From contig ONLJ01000070.1 of assembly GCA_900318605.1 (NCBI GenBank), positions 1 through 52,043 of the forward strand: a stretch of DNA of 52,043 nt. The letters run 5' to 3'. Both the position numbers and the translations under genes were made by a program. Below are positions 1 through 9,050 of this stretch, piece after piece. Positions within the stretch are counted from its first letter, which is position 1. Every line of letters starts with the position of its first letter. This DNA is from an uncultured Rhodospirillaceae bacterium (GTDB taxonomy: Bacteria; Pseudomonadota; Alphaproteobacteria; RF32; CAG-239). Under the pieces are notes generated by a model. That model made no database searches. It was not told the DNA's origin and saw only the letters and a program-made list of their open reading frames with translations.

Positions 1-1052
1 GCAACATCCCAAGCATTTCCGTCATCAGCATAAGTAACATACTGCATGCCTTCGTCATCGGAACGACGCATTTTCAAACAAACCATACGTTTTCCGCTAC
101 GCATAACCATATCGCCGATACCCTCAACAATAATCAAACGATTATTCGGACCTTTAGTTCTAAAACCGACCGGAGTTTCAACACGCTCGACAATAAGTGT
201 TACAATCGGACGCTGAACCATATTAAGAGCCTTTTCGCCCAAATCAATATAAGTGAAAATATCATCACGCCAAACTCTCTCCGGCGCAATAATCACATCA
301 TCAGGATTAGGCACATAAATTTCGATATCAAAACGGAATTTTGACGGATCAAGCGGAATACTTTTGAGCCAATCTTCTTTCTGGAAACGACGTGTATAAG
401 TAGCATCAACCAGCTTTCCGCCCTGACCGGCAACCGCATTAACGTGATTATACGAACCGCCCGAACCTAATACACCCGGACCGCTACTGGGACTACCTCC
501 ATTATTGTTACCATCAACCACATCGATATCAATAATTGAGTTGGTCAGCCTTTCAGTTTGAACACCTTCACTCTTAACATAGAAAACATATTTATTACCC
601 GAGCGACCGAATAAAATAACGTTGGTATCAACACCGACATTAGCTCCGCTCTTCGGATAGAGCAAAACCGTATTCGGACTTGACGGACGACCGTCAAACG
701 AACTGCTGTCGCCGATATAAATATTTTCAATCAACTCCCATTCCGGAAAGTTAATCATCGTAATCATACCTTCACGCAAACGCACCGGAAGCACTAAATC
801 CGGTGTCCAATAATATTTGGAATAGGCAGGTTTGCTTTGACCTTCACCCAAGTTTTGCAACGGATCCTGCCAAGCGCTTTGAATCATTCCGAGTGAATTA
901 TTAAACCCGGCATAATTCAAGTTCATCGGCTGATAATTACCTTGAGATTGATCGGCGTATTGATCCAAACTGTTGGTAGTAACCTGAGCAAATACGTTTG
1001 ATGAAGCCAAAAGACTTAAGACCAAAATCATTTTATTCAAACTTATTCTCAT
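1..1052 (-). CDS. virB9: VirB9/TrbG/CagX-family outer-membrane T4SS core protein, N-terminal 350 codons (C-terminus off window)
   Basis: Not in the ORF track because it is open at the window edge. A minus-strand ATG (CAT at 1050-1052) opens a frame that stays open to base 1. My own translation gives MRISLNKMILVLSLLASSNVFA (Sec signal), then ...YYWTPDLVLPVRLREGMITMINFPEWELIENIYIGDSSSF...VWRDDIFTYIDLGEKALNMVQRPIV..., which fits the remembered VirB9/TrbG pattern. It begins 10 nt after the stop of the second virB8. Confidence 0.8.
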   Translation of the reverse strand, partial: MRISLNKMILVLSLLASSNVFAQVTTNSLDQYADQSQGNYQPMNLNYAGFNNSLGMIQSAWQDPLQNLGEGQSKPAYSKYYWTPDLVLPVRLREGMITMINFPEWELIENIYIGDSSSFDGRPSSPNTVLLYPKSGANVGVDTNVILFGRSGNKYVFYVKSEGVQTERLTNSIIDIDVVDGNNNGGSPSSGPGVLGSGGSYNHVNAVAGQGGKLVDATYTRRFQKEDWLKSIPLDPSKFRFDIEIYVPNPDDVIIAPERVWRDDIFTYIDLGEKALNMVQRPIVTLIVERVETPVGFRTKGPNNRLIIVEGIGDMVMRSGKRMVCLKMRRSDDEGMQYVTYADDGNAWDV

Positions 1053-1062
1053 TGTTTTATCC

Positions 1063-1806
1063 TTATTCCTTAATTTGTTTAGTGCTGTATGATACGATTT
1101 TAAATCCGACCGGATTTTTCAATCTTTCTTTAAACTGAACAGGGCGGCGTTGATATTGAACTTTCAGCGTTGACCTGTATTTAATTGTTTTCGGTTGGAA
1201 CGAAGTCGGCAAATAATAGTCAACCAAATATTCGACCTGCCAAATTCCGTTATCAACTTCATTAACCGTCAAAATTTTAACGCGGCTGGTTAAACCTTCC
1301 TGTTTCATTCTTTGCATCAGCTTACGGCCGGTATTTTCAATAAAGTCCTGATAGACCTTAGCCGAAGACATTTCCTGTAAATCACCGCCGTTCTGCCAAC
1401 GAGATTCCATTTCTTCTAAATCTGAAAGCAACGTGGTTCTGATTAAAATATACTTACTGACAAACGTTTCGGTAATAGCCTTTTGCGTTTCCATATTTCT
1501 GGTATAAGGAATCACGTTATAAACCTGCTCTTCCTTACTGGAAAGCGTTAAAAGATAAGGCTCAACCCGATAAAGCGGAAGCAAATTGGCAATCGTGAGA
1601 AGGAGAATAAAATTACAGCAGATACTGATGGCCGTAACAACGGCAAAAGCACGAGCTGTCCACAAATACCTTTTTTCACTGGCGTTTACCAAGACACTGT
1701 CATCGGACGAAACAGCCTGAACAACCGGTTGTGCGTCATAGTTTTCCTGCACCTGACCGGAAATCATTTTCTGTTCCGTATTATTTATGCCCAACTGTTC
1801 TGCCAT
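1063..1806 (-). CDS. virB8: VirB8-family bitopic inner-membrane T4SS protein, paralogue 2
   Basis: 247 aa with an N-terminal cytoplasmic tail and a single TM (AFAVVTAISICCNFILLLTIANLL). The periplasmic part contains FVSKYILIRTTLLSD..EMESRW...VYQDF, typical of the VirB8 NTF2-like domain. It is clearly paralogous to 2163-2912. Confidence 0.75.
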   Translation of the reverse strand: MAEQLGINNTEQKMISGQVQENYDAQPVVQAVSSDDSVLVNASEKRYLWTARAFAVVTAISICCNFILLLTIANLLPLYRVEPYLLTLSSKEEQVYNVIPYTRNMETQKAITETFVSKYILIRTTLLSDLEEMESRWQNGGDLQEMSSAKVYQDFIENTGRKLMQRMKQEGLTSRVKILTVNEVDNGIWQVEYLVDYYLPTSFQPKTIKYRSTLKVQYQRRPVQFKERLKNPVGFKIVSYSTKQIKE

Positions 1807-1822
1807 AAGCTTTACACCTTAA

Positions 1823-2011
1823 CTATATTGTTTCCAAAAACCAATCCGGAAGATTTTTAATTGTCTCAATTTGCATGCAAGCGCAAGGAGAGAGTTTAAG
1901 CTCGTTAATATCCTTACCCGGACCGACAGCTTCCGGTTCATAATAAGAACCAAACAGACTGCAAGCGGATAAAATTATCAGCAATCCTAAAATTATCAAT
2001 TTTTTATACAT
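1823..2011 (-). CDS. virB7: small lipoprotein, VirB7-like by size, lipobox and position
   Basis: 62 aa. Signal plus lipobox MYKKLIILGLLIILSAC|S. It sits between the two virB8 copies, just upstream of virB8/virB9. There is no further sequence motif to lean on. Confidence 0.55.
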   Translation of the reverse strand: MYKKLIILGLLIILSACSLFGSYYEPEAVGPGKDINELKLSPCACMQIETIKNLPDWFLETI

Positions 2012-2162
2012 TTTTCACCTCATTTGCAAAATTTATCCAATCATTTATAAAACAATCGGCAACACCTGTATTTTCCTGAAGTTACGACAAACATAACAAC
2101 AGAAAAGATACACTCTTTGACGTGATATTAAAACAAAAAGATTAAAATAACTTAAACAAAAA

Positions 2163-2912
2163 TCACTCTCTGATTTTATCTTGACTATATTTCATTACCG
2201 TAAAACCCATTGGATTTATCAAACGCGGCGAAACAAAGCCTCTGTAAGATAAAAATCTCGGAGTAACCGAAGCACGATATTTGGCTTCTTTCAAGACCAG
2301 AGCGCCACCGCTTTCCTGAGTACGAGATAAATTAAACACCGTAAAATAAACAATCCAAACCGGACTGTTTTCGCCAATTCTGCCGATTTTATCAATTCTG
2401 ACCTCGCTGGAATAATCATTATCAAACATATTTTCCACTTTAGCCGCATTTTTACCGACAAACTCACGATACACATCAGGTGCCGACAAATAAGCTACTA
2501 TTCCTCCCGGTCCCCAACGGGTGCGCATTTCCCGCTCATCGTTAACCACCGTATTTCGCATAATAACATATTGTTTAACGAACATCTCGGTCATCTGCTT
2601 AAGCGATGACATTTTGGTATTCATCGGCTCATATCTGACCACTTCATCGGAAGAATTTTGACTGATTATCAACAGCGGCTCAACCAAAATTTCCGGTGCA
2701 AGCCGAAAAACAACCAGCGACGAACACAAGAAAAAGCTCAAAGAAATAACGGCGCACAGCACGACCAATCTTGAAAGCCATCTGAAATACACAAGCTTTG
2801 CCGAAGACGTTACGACTTCTTCATCGGTTATATAATGTTGTTGTATACTTTCTTCTTTACCGCCAGCTCCGGCAATTAAAAGTTTTTTATATCCGTCTCC
2901 CAAAACAGCCAA
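2163..2912 (-). CDS. virB8: VirB8-family bitopic inner-membrane T4SS protein, paralogue 1
   Basis: 249 aa with one TM (LVVLCAVISLSFFLCSSLVVF). It contains FVKQYVIMRNTVVND..EMRTRW...VYREF, aligning by eye with the other copy at roughly one third identity. Confidence 0.75.
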   Translation of the reverse strand: MAVLGDGYKKLLIAGAGGKEESIQQHYITDEEVVTSSAKLVYFRWLSRLVVLCAVISLSFFLCSSLVVFRLAPEILVEPLLIISQNSSDEVVRYEPMNTKMSSLKQMTEMFVKQYVIMRNTVVNDEREMRTRWGPGGIVAYLSAPDVYREFVGKNAAKVENMFDNDYSSEVRIDKIGRIGENSPVWIVYFTVFNLSRTQESGGALVLKEAKYRASVTPRFLSYRGFVSPRLINPMGFTVMKYSQDKIRE

Positions 2913-2932
2913 CTTATTTCTCCCGCATTAAC

Positions 2933-5900
2933 TTATTGAACATATACCGAGCAATAAACCGGCTCTTCATGCTCTATTTTTTCGTTTACGTATTTGTCGC
3001 CTCTTTCTCTTTCTTTATCGAGGATTGCTTTGTCGGTTTTTTCGGTCTTAATTTTTTCGCCGAGTTCTTCTATGCTTTCATCACCTGTTATCGAAACGAC
3101 TTCATCGGCATCCAATTCCAACAAAGCGATTTTTTTCAACAATTGTTCCCTACGCGATATCATTTCATCGAATGTCAGATTCATATTTCCGCCTTCAAGC
3201 AATTTTTTGGCCTCGCGCAGATTTGTTTCTTTACGAGCATTCAAAATATTTTCCGCTTGTTTATAATATGTTTCGTCGCTCAAATCAAATTTTTCGCGGT
3301 CAAAATCATATCCCATAGCCGCAAAAGATTTATACAACATATTTACGAAAACCAAATCATCGACATTACGGCTGTAAAGACTGTTTTTCATTTTATCTTT
3401 AGCTTCCAATGCCATTCTTTCAATATCCATTTTTTCAAGATAATCGGCGAACTGACCGCTCTGCGGTAAAACTCTGTTATACATATTGTACTGCGCACTG
3501 AACTTAATTTCTTCTCCCTCTTCAAATTTATCAAGATAATTTACCAAAAAACTCATTGCTGTCAGCAATTCTTTTCTGAAAGACAAGAATTTAATGTCTT
3601 TTTGTTTTGCCGACAATCCGAGCTCATCGGCAAGCGGCAATCCGTCAACACCGAAGACACCGACCTTAGCATTAGTATATTCCAAAATATTTCCGAGTTC
3701 GCTCGCGCCGATTGCCGAAACAGTATCTGCAGGATTGATACTGATGCGCTCAAATCCTTCCGAAGCACTGACATCATAATAACCGTTTTTATCTTCAGCA
3801 ACAGCCTGACACTGCGGCAAAGTTCCGTATTCTGCAGGAGCAACCGATAATTCGGCATATTGGAGATTTCCCTTTCCGTCAGGAACAACATCAATGATTT
3901 TCCCGGCACTCAAACACGGATAAATACCTGAACGACCGAGTGCATAGCTTTCTTTTTTATCATGATTTAAGAACTTTTCCAAATCCAAATCTTTTTGCAC
4001 AAACGGACGATATGACAATACCAGCTTCCAAATTTCCGGCAATTCCAATCCGCTTTCGAGCAAGCTGTTTTCAACCAGCAAAACATTAGCACCGTTTTTA
4101 GTTGCCTCAGTGATTTTGGAACTGATAATCTCATTATTTTCTCCGGCTTTAAAATCCGATGAGGCATAATAATCGATATAATTCAAATCAGCCAAACCGA
4201 ACGAAAAAATTTCCCTGAGCGGAGCCGACGAAAAATCGACCGGAGCCTTCGGTGCCGCCAAATCTTTTTCCTGAGCGATAAGTCCGACAAAATACCGACT
4301 GTCCGGCTGATAACAGCTGACTTTATCGCAAACATTCGAGAACAAACCGGTCAAACTTTCGGCATATTTCACTACAAGCGCTGCTGCGGCATCGTCTAAA
4401 CCAAGCTCGGCAATCACATCATTAACATCAGGTTCTGTAATTTTCTTGAGCATATCGGTATGAATTTGCACAACCTTCGGATTATTTTGAGCATAATACA
4501 GACTGTCGGCATTATTATTTTTCATCTTTGACAACTTCTCCAGAGCTTCTTCAGCCTTTTTGGCAGCATATTCTCTGAAATAGTCAATTAACTCCTCAGC
4601 CTCTCCCAATACCGTAAGCTTAGTCACGGCAGAAAGCACTTGTTGCTGAATTTCACTTAGAGTATTATCTTCAACAATATCTTCTAAACCTGATTTATAT
4701 TTTTGCTCGGCATTATAATACGCCAAAACCTTATCCGCCCTGACTTCATTGATTTCGGCCTCAATTTGCTTTATTTTCTCCAAGATAATCTTTTTGGAAT
4801 CGTTTACATTGCGCAAACTGTCGCCGGCATTATTTCTGGCGATTTCCGCATTTTGCTCTTTCTGCGACTGTTCTTTAATATTACGATTATACTTATCGGT
4901 CAAAGTTTCATGCGGATTATCCGGATTTTGAAATTGTTTATCAAAATCTGCTCCGAAACCGGCCTGCTCATTATAGTCTTCGGAATAGTTAATTACCTCA
5001 TTTTGCTTTTCGATTTCTGCATGCAAATCAGCCTGTTTTATATTAACATCTTCGAGTTCTTTATAAGCGGCAACTCTTTTCTTCTCGAGTTCTGCCAATT
5101 TTTTATTATGCTCGGCGGTAATATTTTCCAAATCAACTTTTTCCTGAGCCAAAATTGCTTCGATTTGCTCAACTTTAGAATCACGATCATCGCCGATTGC
5201 TTCAATAAGCCCGTTAATTTCCTCGGCAACTTCTTTTCTGATAGCTTCAACACTCTTGGTTATAATACCGTCGGCATTTCTCTCCGCCTCATATTCGAAA
5301 GTTTCGTTTATTTTCAGACCAAGCCCGAGAATTTCCTTAAATAATGAAGCATTAAGGAAATAATTTTTGATATTTTCATATTTATCGTCGATGTACTGAT
5401 TATAAAAATTCATCTGGTCATTCCAAAGCGGGAACGGCTTAGTATTAACTCCGAACTTACTTTTACCGGAAACACCGTTTACATCTTTATTGATTTCCTC
5501 GTTGGCAAGCGCACCGACACTCGTATTAAGCCGACCGAGAACTCGCATTTTTTCCAAATACTTATCGGCAAGGATTTCTCCGTTTTCAATTTGATATTTA
5601 TAGTCCTTTGCCGCCCGATAATCGGTATTCGGTCCGACTTCTTCATCAGGCTCCGGTTCCGAAGTCGAAGCTTTAATAATATAATTTTCCTCTTTCGGTT
5701 CAAAATCCGACAGTTCATCTTTGGCATTAAGATACATATTTATCAACCAACCCGACATTCCGCCGACTTCATTGTATGCACTTGATGAAAGCTTATAACA
5801 CTTTTGCGCGGCATTATCAGGACAAGCCACATCATAAATACCCTCACTTTCGCTGTTATCACTGAAACTTTTTGCCGGACTATAAGCACAGACATATCCT

Positions 5901-7099
5901 TCTTTATCGTCCACCATACAGTTATCAAGCCAAACTTTCTGACTGTTATCATACCTTTGTGCCAGATAGTTCAGCACGCAAGTCTGTGATTTTTGCAGAT
6001 TATCCGATGCTTTAAGGTGCATTTTTTCCATACTGTGATAATCATCAAAAACCCTTTTCATCTCCGGAAGTTGTTGTTTCAAGTTATGGCTTTCGAACGC
6101 TGCCGATAATTTATCTTCGACCTCATGAAAGACCGCCATTGCTTTTATATCGGCTTCTTTTCCGTCAAGAGGTGTTTTCAAATCAATTTGATTATTTTCG
6201 CTAAAATCAAACTTTGAATCCGGAATTTCCTCTACAATCAACTCTTCATCTTCGATTTCCTGAGAAGCATAAATATTGCTTTCGGTCAAATAACCGCTGA
6301 CTTTGGAAGTTTTTTGTTTTTTACCCGAATACGGTTTAGGTTTAACGCCCTGTCCCAAAGTTCTTACAGCCTCATATTGAGCGCGCATAGCCATCAGATA
6401 TTCGTTTCTCTTCATTATTTCATCATAGATATCGGCAACCAATACGGCATTACGACGATAACACATTTCATCTTCGCTTCCGTCATCTTTCTGACAATTA
6501 AACTCCTCCATATCTGCCGCCTTACAACCTTCGGCATCATTCAGAATTATGCACTTTTCTATAACATCGAGTTGCGCCAACATAACCGTCAGCTCTTTAT
6601 CCATTTCTCTGGCTGTAATATAAAGTTCCAAAGTAGTATCTTCAACAAACTGTTCTCTTTTTTCCTTATACGAAGCCTGAACTTCCTCATCATCGGACGG
6701 GATATAAAGAAAATACTTTTTGAATGTTTCTTTTACCAACGCCACATCATCAAGTCTGGTTTTGGTTTGTTTTATCATACGGGCATAAGAAACCGGCTTT
6801 TCATCACTGTCTTTTTTCTTCCATTTATCTTTATATTTGCTCAAAAACTCCTCTCCCTTACCTCTGGCATATTTTTCGAAATGTGCCTTAGTTTCATCTA
6901 AGACCCCTTTTATATTTTTGTTTTCGACAACTTCTTTCATAGCTTTGATAGCGCTTGCTTTTGCCGCAAGTTGCTCAGAGGTACATTCTGCACAAAATTG
7001 TGCAGCCACACTGCTGAGCGGAGTTAAATCCGGCCCGATAGCATAAGATTTGAACGAAAATAAAATTGAACAAACACAAAACAACCAAAACTTTTTCAT
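2933..7099 (-). CDS. giant (1388 aa) secreted coiled-coil-rich, Cys-pair-containing protein of unknown function, T4SS-associated by position
   Basis: An uninterrupted 4.2-kb ORF. An RBS GGAG lies upstream of the ATG at 7099. Sec signal MKKFWLFCVCSILFSFKSYA|IG, with no other hydrophobic helix. Long K/E/Q-rich heptad-like stretches alternate with globular parts carrying paired cysteines (FCAEC, EKC..EGC..FNC..EMC, DNC..YVC, VAC..QKC, NVCDKVSC). I recognise no family motif. Confidence 0.8.
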   Translation of the reverse strand: MKKFWLFCVCSILFSFKSYAIGPDLTPLSSVAAQFCAECTSEQLAAKASAIKAMKEVVENKNIKGVLDETKAHFEKYARGKGEEFLSKYKDKWKKKDSDEKPVSYARMIKQTKTRLDDVALVKETFKKYFLYIPSDDEEVQASYKEKREQFVEDTTLELYITAREMDKELTVMLAQLDVIEKCIILNDAEGCKAADMEEFNCQKDDGSEDEMCYRRNAVLVADIYDEIMKRNEYLMAMRAQYEAVRTLGQGVKPKPYSGKKQKTSKVSGYLTESNIYASQEIEDEELIVEEIPDSKFDFSENNQIDLKTPLDGKEADIKAMAVFHEVEDKLSAAFESHNLKQQLPEMKRVFDDYHSMEKMHLKASDNLQKSQTCVLNYLAQRYDNSQKVWLDNCMVDDKEGYVCAYSPAKSFSDNSESEGIYDVACPDNAAQKCYKLSSSAYNEVGGMSGWLINMYLNAKDELSDFEPKEENYIIKASTSEPEPDEEVGPNTDYRAAKDYKYQIENGEILADKYLEKMRVLGRLNTSVGALANEEINKDVNGVSGKSKFGVNTKPFPLWNDQMNFYNQYIDDKYENIKNYFLNASLFKEILGLGLKINETFEYEAERNADGIITKSVEAIRKEVAEEINGLIEAIGDDRDSKVEQIEAILAQEKVDLENITAEHNKKLAELEKKRVAAYKELEDVNIKQADLHAEIEKQNEVINYSEDYNEQAGFGADFDKQFQNPDNPHETLTDKYNRNIKEQSQKEQNAEIARNNAGDSLRNVNDSKKIILEKIKQIEAEINEVRADKVLAYYNAEQKYKSGLEDIVEDNTLSEIQQQVLSAVTKLTVLGEAEELIDYFREYAAKKAEEALEKLSKMKNNNADSLYYAQNNPKVVQIHTDMLKKITEPDVNDVIAELGLDDAAAALVVKYAESLTGLFSNVCDKVSCYQPDSRYFVGLIAQEKDLAAPKAPVDFSSAPLREIFSFGLADLNYIDYYASSDFKAGENNEIISSKITEATKNGANVLLVENSLLESGLELPEIWKLVLSYRPFVQKDLDLEKFLNHDKKESYALGRSGIYPCLSAGKIIDVVPDGKGNLQYAELSVAPAEYGTLPQCQAVAEDKNGYYDVSASEGFERISINPADTVSAIGASELGNILEYTNAKVGVFGVDGLPLADELGLSAKQKDIKFLSFRKELLTAMSFLVNYLDKFEEGEEIKFSAQYNMYNRVLPQSGQFADYLEKMDIERMALEAKDKMKNSLYSRNVDDLVFVNMLYKSFAAMGYDFDREKFDLSDETYYKQAENILNARKETNLREAKKLLEGGNMNLTFDEMISRREQLLKKIALLELDADEVVSITGDESIEELGEKIKTEKTDKAILDKERERGDKYVNEKIEHEEPVYCSVYVQ

Positions 7100-7111
7100 T
7101 TTTCATCTCCT

Positions 7112-8320
7112 TCAAATTCTATGCCACAAATCCTTAACTTTATCCTTATTTTGCTCAAGGAACTCTTTTCCTTTTTTAAGCAAATCGTTTTTTTTCAATT
7201 CATAAGAATCAAAATCAAATTCCGTTACCGGCTTTTTATAATCATAAAGATGATATTTATTGTTCCAAGAAGTCATATCTTGCGAAGTTTTCAATCTGAT
7301 TTCGGCAAGCAATGCTTCGGTAAAGCGCGCCGCCGCTTTAGCATTTTCGATGATTATTGCGATATTGGCATTTTTCAGCGCATAATTTCCCTCAACATCT
7401 GTTGCCATCTCCGTATATTGTGTAACTTGCTCTTCCAAATCGGCGGAAGCGGCCGTACCGACAACCGCAACTTCCATAGCTTTTTGCAAAGCATCATAAT
7501 AGGCTCTTTGGCGGTTTTTCTTAATTCTTGCCATATTTTCGCTTGAAGTTTCTTCTGATTCTTTTAAGAATAGTGCCTCTATCTCGGTTTGATAAATCGA
7601 CTGATTTTCTTTGGAATCGGTTTCGTCATCAAACAAATCGGCATTTTCCGCCTGTTCCTGAAGTCCTGCTTTAACAGCCGTATCATCAGCTTCCGGCTTC
7701 AGTTTTTCAACTTCTTTAGCGGCTTTTTTTTCCTTATCTTCCAATCCCTGATAGGTTTCATCATTTATCGGCTGGTCCAGAATATGTTGTTTCTGCGCCT
7801 CCAAATCGGCAATTTCATCGACCAGTTTTTTATGATCGTCTTCACTGAGATTACTGCTTTGAACTTTGGCTCTCAATTCGGTCAAACGCTCATCAATTTG
7901 CTTTATTTTTTCCATCTGAGCATCTTTTTGTGCCGCGATATAATCATCTTTTTGCGCCGTTGCCGCCGCCAATTTATTTTCGGCTTTTTTCAATTCCTGA
8001 CGCTTTTGTTTGGCTTTGGCAACTTCCTGCTCTATTTTTTCATCAACATAGCTTCTGGCATATTTTCCGGCTTTATCCGCGGCATATTTTTTAGCCCTCT
8101 CTGCAAGCTCACCGCTTGTAGCCAAACGGATAATCTTATTTGCCTCGGTAACCACTCCGTCAACAGTTTCCTGCGCCTTATTGGCATAATCTTCGATTAC
8201 CGGCAGATTTGCTTTAACCGCTCTGATAGAACTACTGAGCTTTACTACGGCAAAAGCAGGCGTAAACAACATAGCTTGCGCCGCGATAATAAGGATTAAC
8301 ATTTTACCAAACTTTGTCAT
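7112..8320 (-). CDS. secreted coiled-coil protein (402 aa), unknown function
   Basis: Start revised from the track (8401) to the ATG at 8320 (CAT 8318-8320), which has an AGGGGA RBS 7 nt upstream. This removes a 62-nt overlap with the upstream gene. Sec signal MTKFGKMLILIIAAQAMLFTPAFA|VV. The body is K/E/A-rich and helical. Confidence 0.7.
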   Translation of the reverse strand: MTKFGKMLILIIAAQAMLFTPAFAVVKLSSSIRAVKANLPVIEDYANKAQETVDGVVTEANKIIRLATSGELAERAKKYAADKAGKYARSYVDEKIEQEVAKAKQKRQELKKAENKLAAATAQKDDYIAAQKDAQMEKIKQIDERLTELRAKVQSSNLSEDDHKKLVDEIADLEAQKQHILDQPINDETYQGLEDKEKKAAKEVEKLKPEADDTAVKAGLQEQAENADLFDDETDSKENQSIYQTEIEALFLKESEETSSENMARIKKNRQRAYYDALQKAMEVAVVGTAASADLEEQVTQYTEMATDVEGNYALKNANIAIIIENAKAAARFTEALLAEIRLKTSQDMTSWNNKYHLYDYKKPVTEFDFDSYELKKNDLLKKGKEFLEQNKDKVKDLWHRI

Positions 8321-8339
8321 ATCAATTCCCCTTATTAAA

Positions 8340-9035
8340 TCATTCGCCATCCTTGTTTTCGTCTTTTTCATCCTCTGCTTCATCAGGCTTAACTGCGGCA
8401 AGCTGTTTCATTGAAGTCTGAGCCATCAAGCTTGCATCTTGTTGAAGCATTGATATCCACCGATTATTAGCCCGTTGTATAGTCTCGGTAAACACCGTCT
8501 GCACACCGGCAACATTATTAAAATCCTCAATTTTTTCCTTCTTTTCGTTATCAAGTTGGAAGCGACGCACCAATCCTCTGGCATACATTGAAGAAACATT
8601 TTCAATCATCAAATCATTGGTCATTTCTTCCAGCTGTTTATTTTTCTCGACATCATCGCTGCTGCGCTTTGAAACCGTAAATATTTTTTTCGCCGCATCT
8701 CTCATCAACGGGTTAGAACCGACACCGTTAATAATACTGGTAAATTCACTGGGAACTTTGTCGTCCAGATTCCATCCGTCAACAGCCAATTTCAGTGCAT
8801 CTTTTGCATTACTTTTCAATTCATCGACATTAAAATTCGCTGCTTTATCCGAAACCAAATTTTGCGATTTTTCCTGAAGCAAGGACATAGCGTTTTCGTT
8901 GATTTTCCCTATTCCGTCTTTTTGCGCAAGAGTAACCAATTCCACCATATAAGTTGATATATCGAAATCGGCATACGCAAAAGAAGGCGATATCATCAAC
9001 CCCGCAACGATAAAATAATTCCAAAATTTTCTCAT
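8340..9035 (-). CDS. secreted helical protein (231 aa); a VirB5/TrbJ-like role is possible from size and position only
   Basis: Sec signal MRKFWNYFIVAGLMISPSFAYA|DF and a predicted all-helical, hydrophilic body. The size matches VirB5-type minor pilins, but I cannot see a diagnostic motif. Confidence 0.6.
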   Translation of the reverse strand: MRKFWNYFIVAGLMISPSFAYADFDISTYMVELVTLAQKDGIGKINENAMSLLQEKSQNLVSDKAANFNVDELKSNAKDALKLAVDGWNLDDKVPSEFTSIINGVGSNPLMRDAAKKIFTVSKRSSDDVEKNKQLEEMTNDLMIENVSSMYARGLVRRFQLDNEKKEKIEDFNNVAGVQTVFTETIQRANNRWISMLQQDASLMAQTSMKQLAAVKPDEAEDEKDENKDGE

Positions 9036-9050
9036 CGCACTTCTCCGAAT

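Noticed and set aside
2798-8299. Large plus-strand ORFs antisense to the secreted-protein genes (2798-3469, 4703-5344, 6314-6901, 7121-7546, 7589-8299), some very hydrophobic. I checked them as possible hidden VirB6-like membrane proteins.
   Set aside because: They are F/L/I-rich mirror images of K/E-rich (AAA/GAA) coiled-coil coding sequence. They have no RBS, lack organised TM-loop architecture, and fully overlap longer ORFs with proper signals and operon context.
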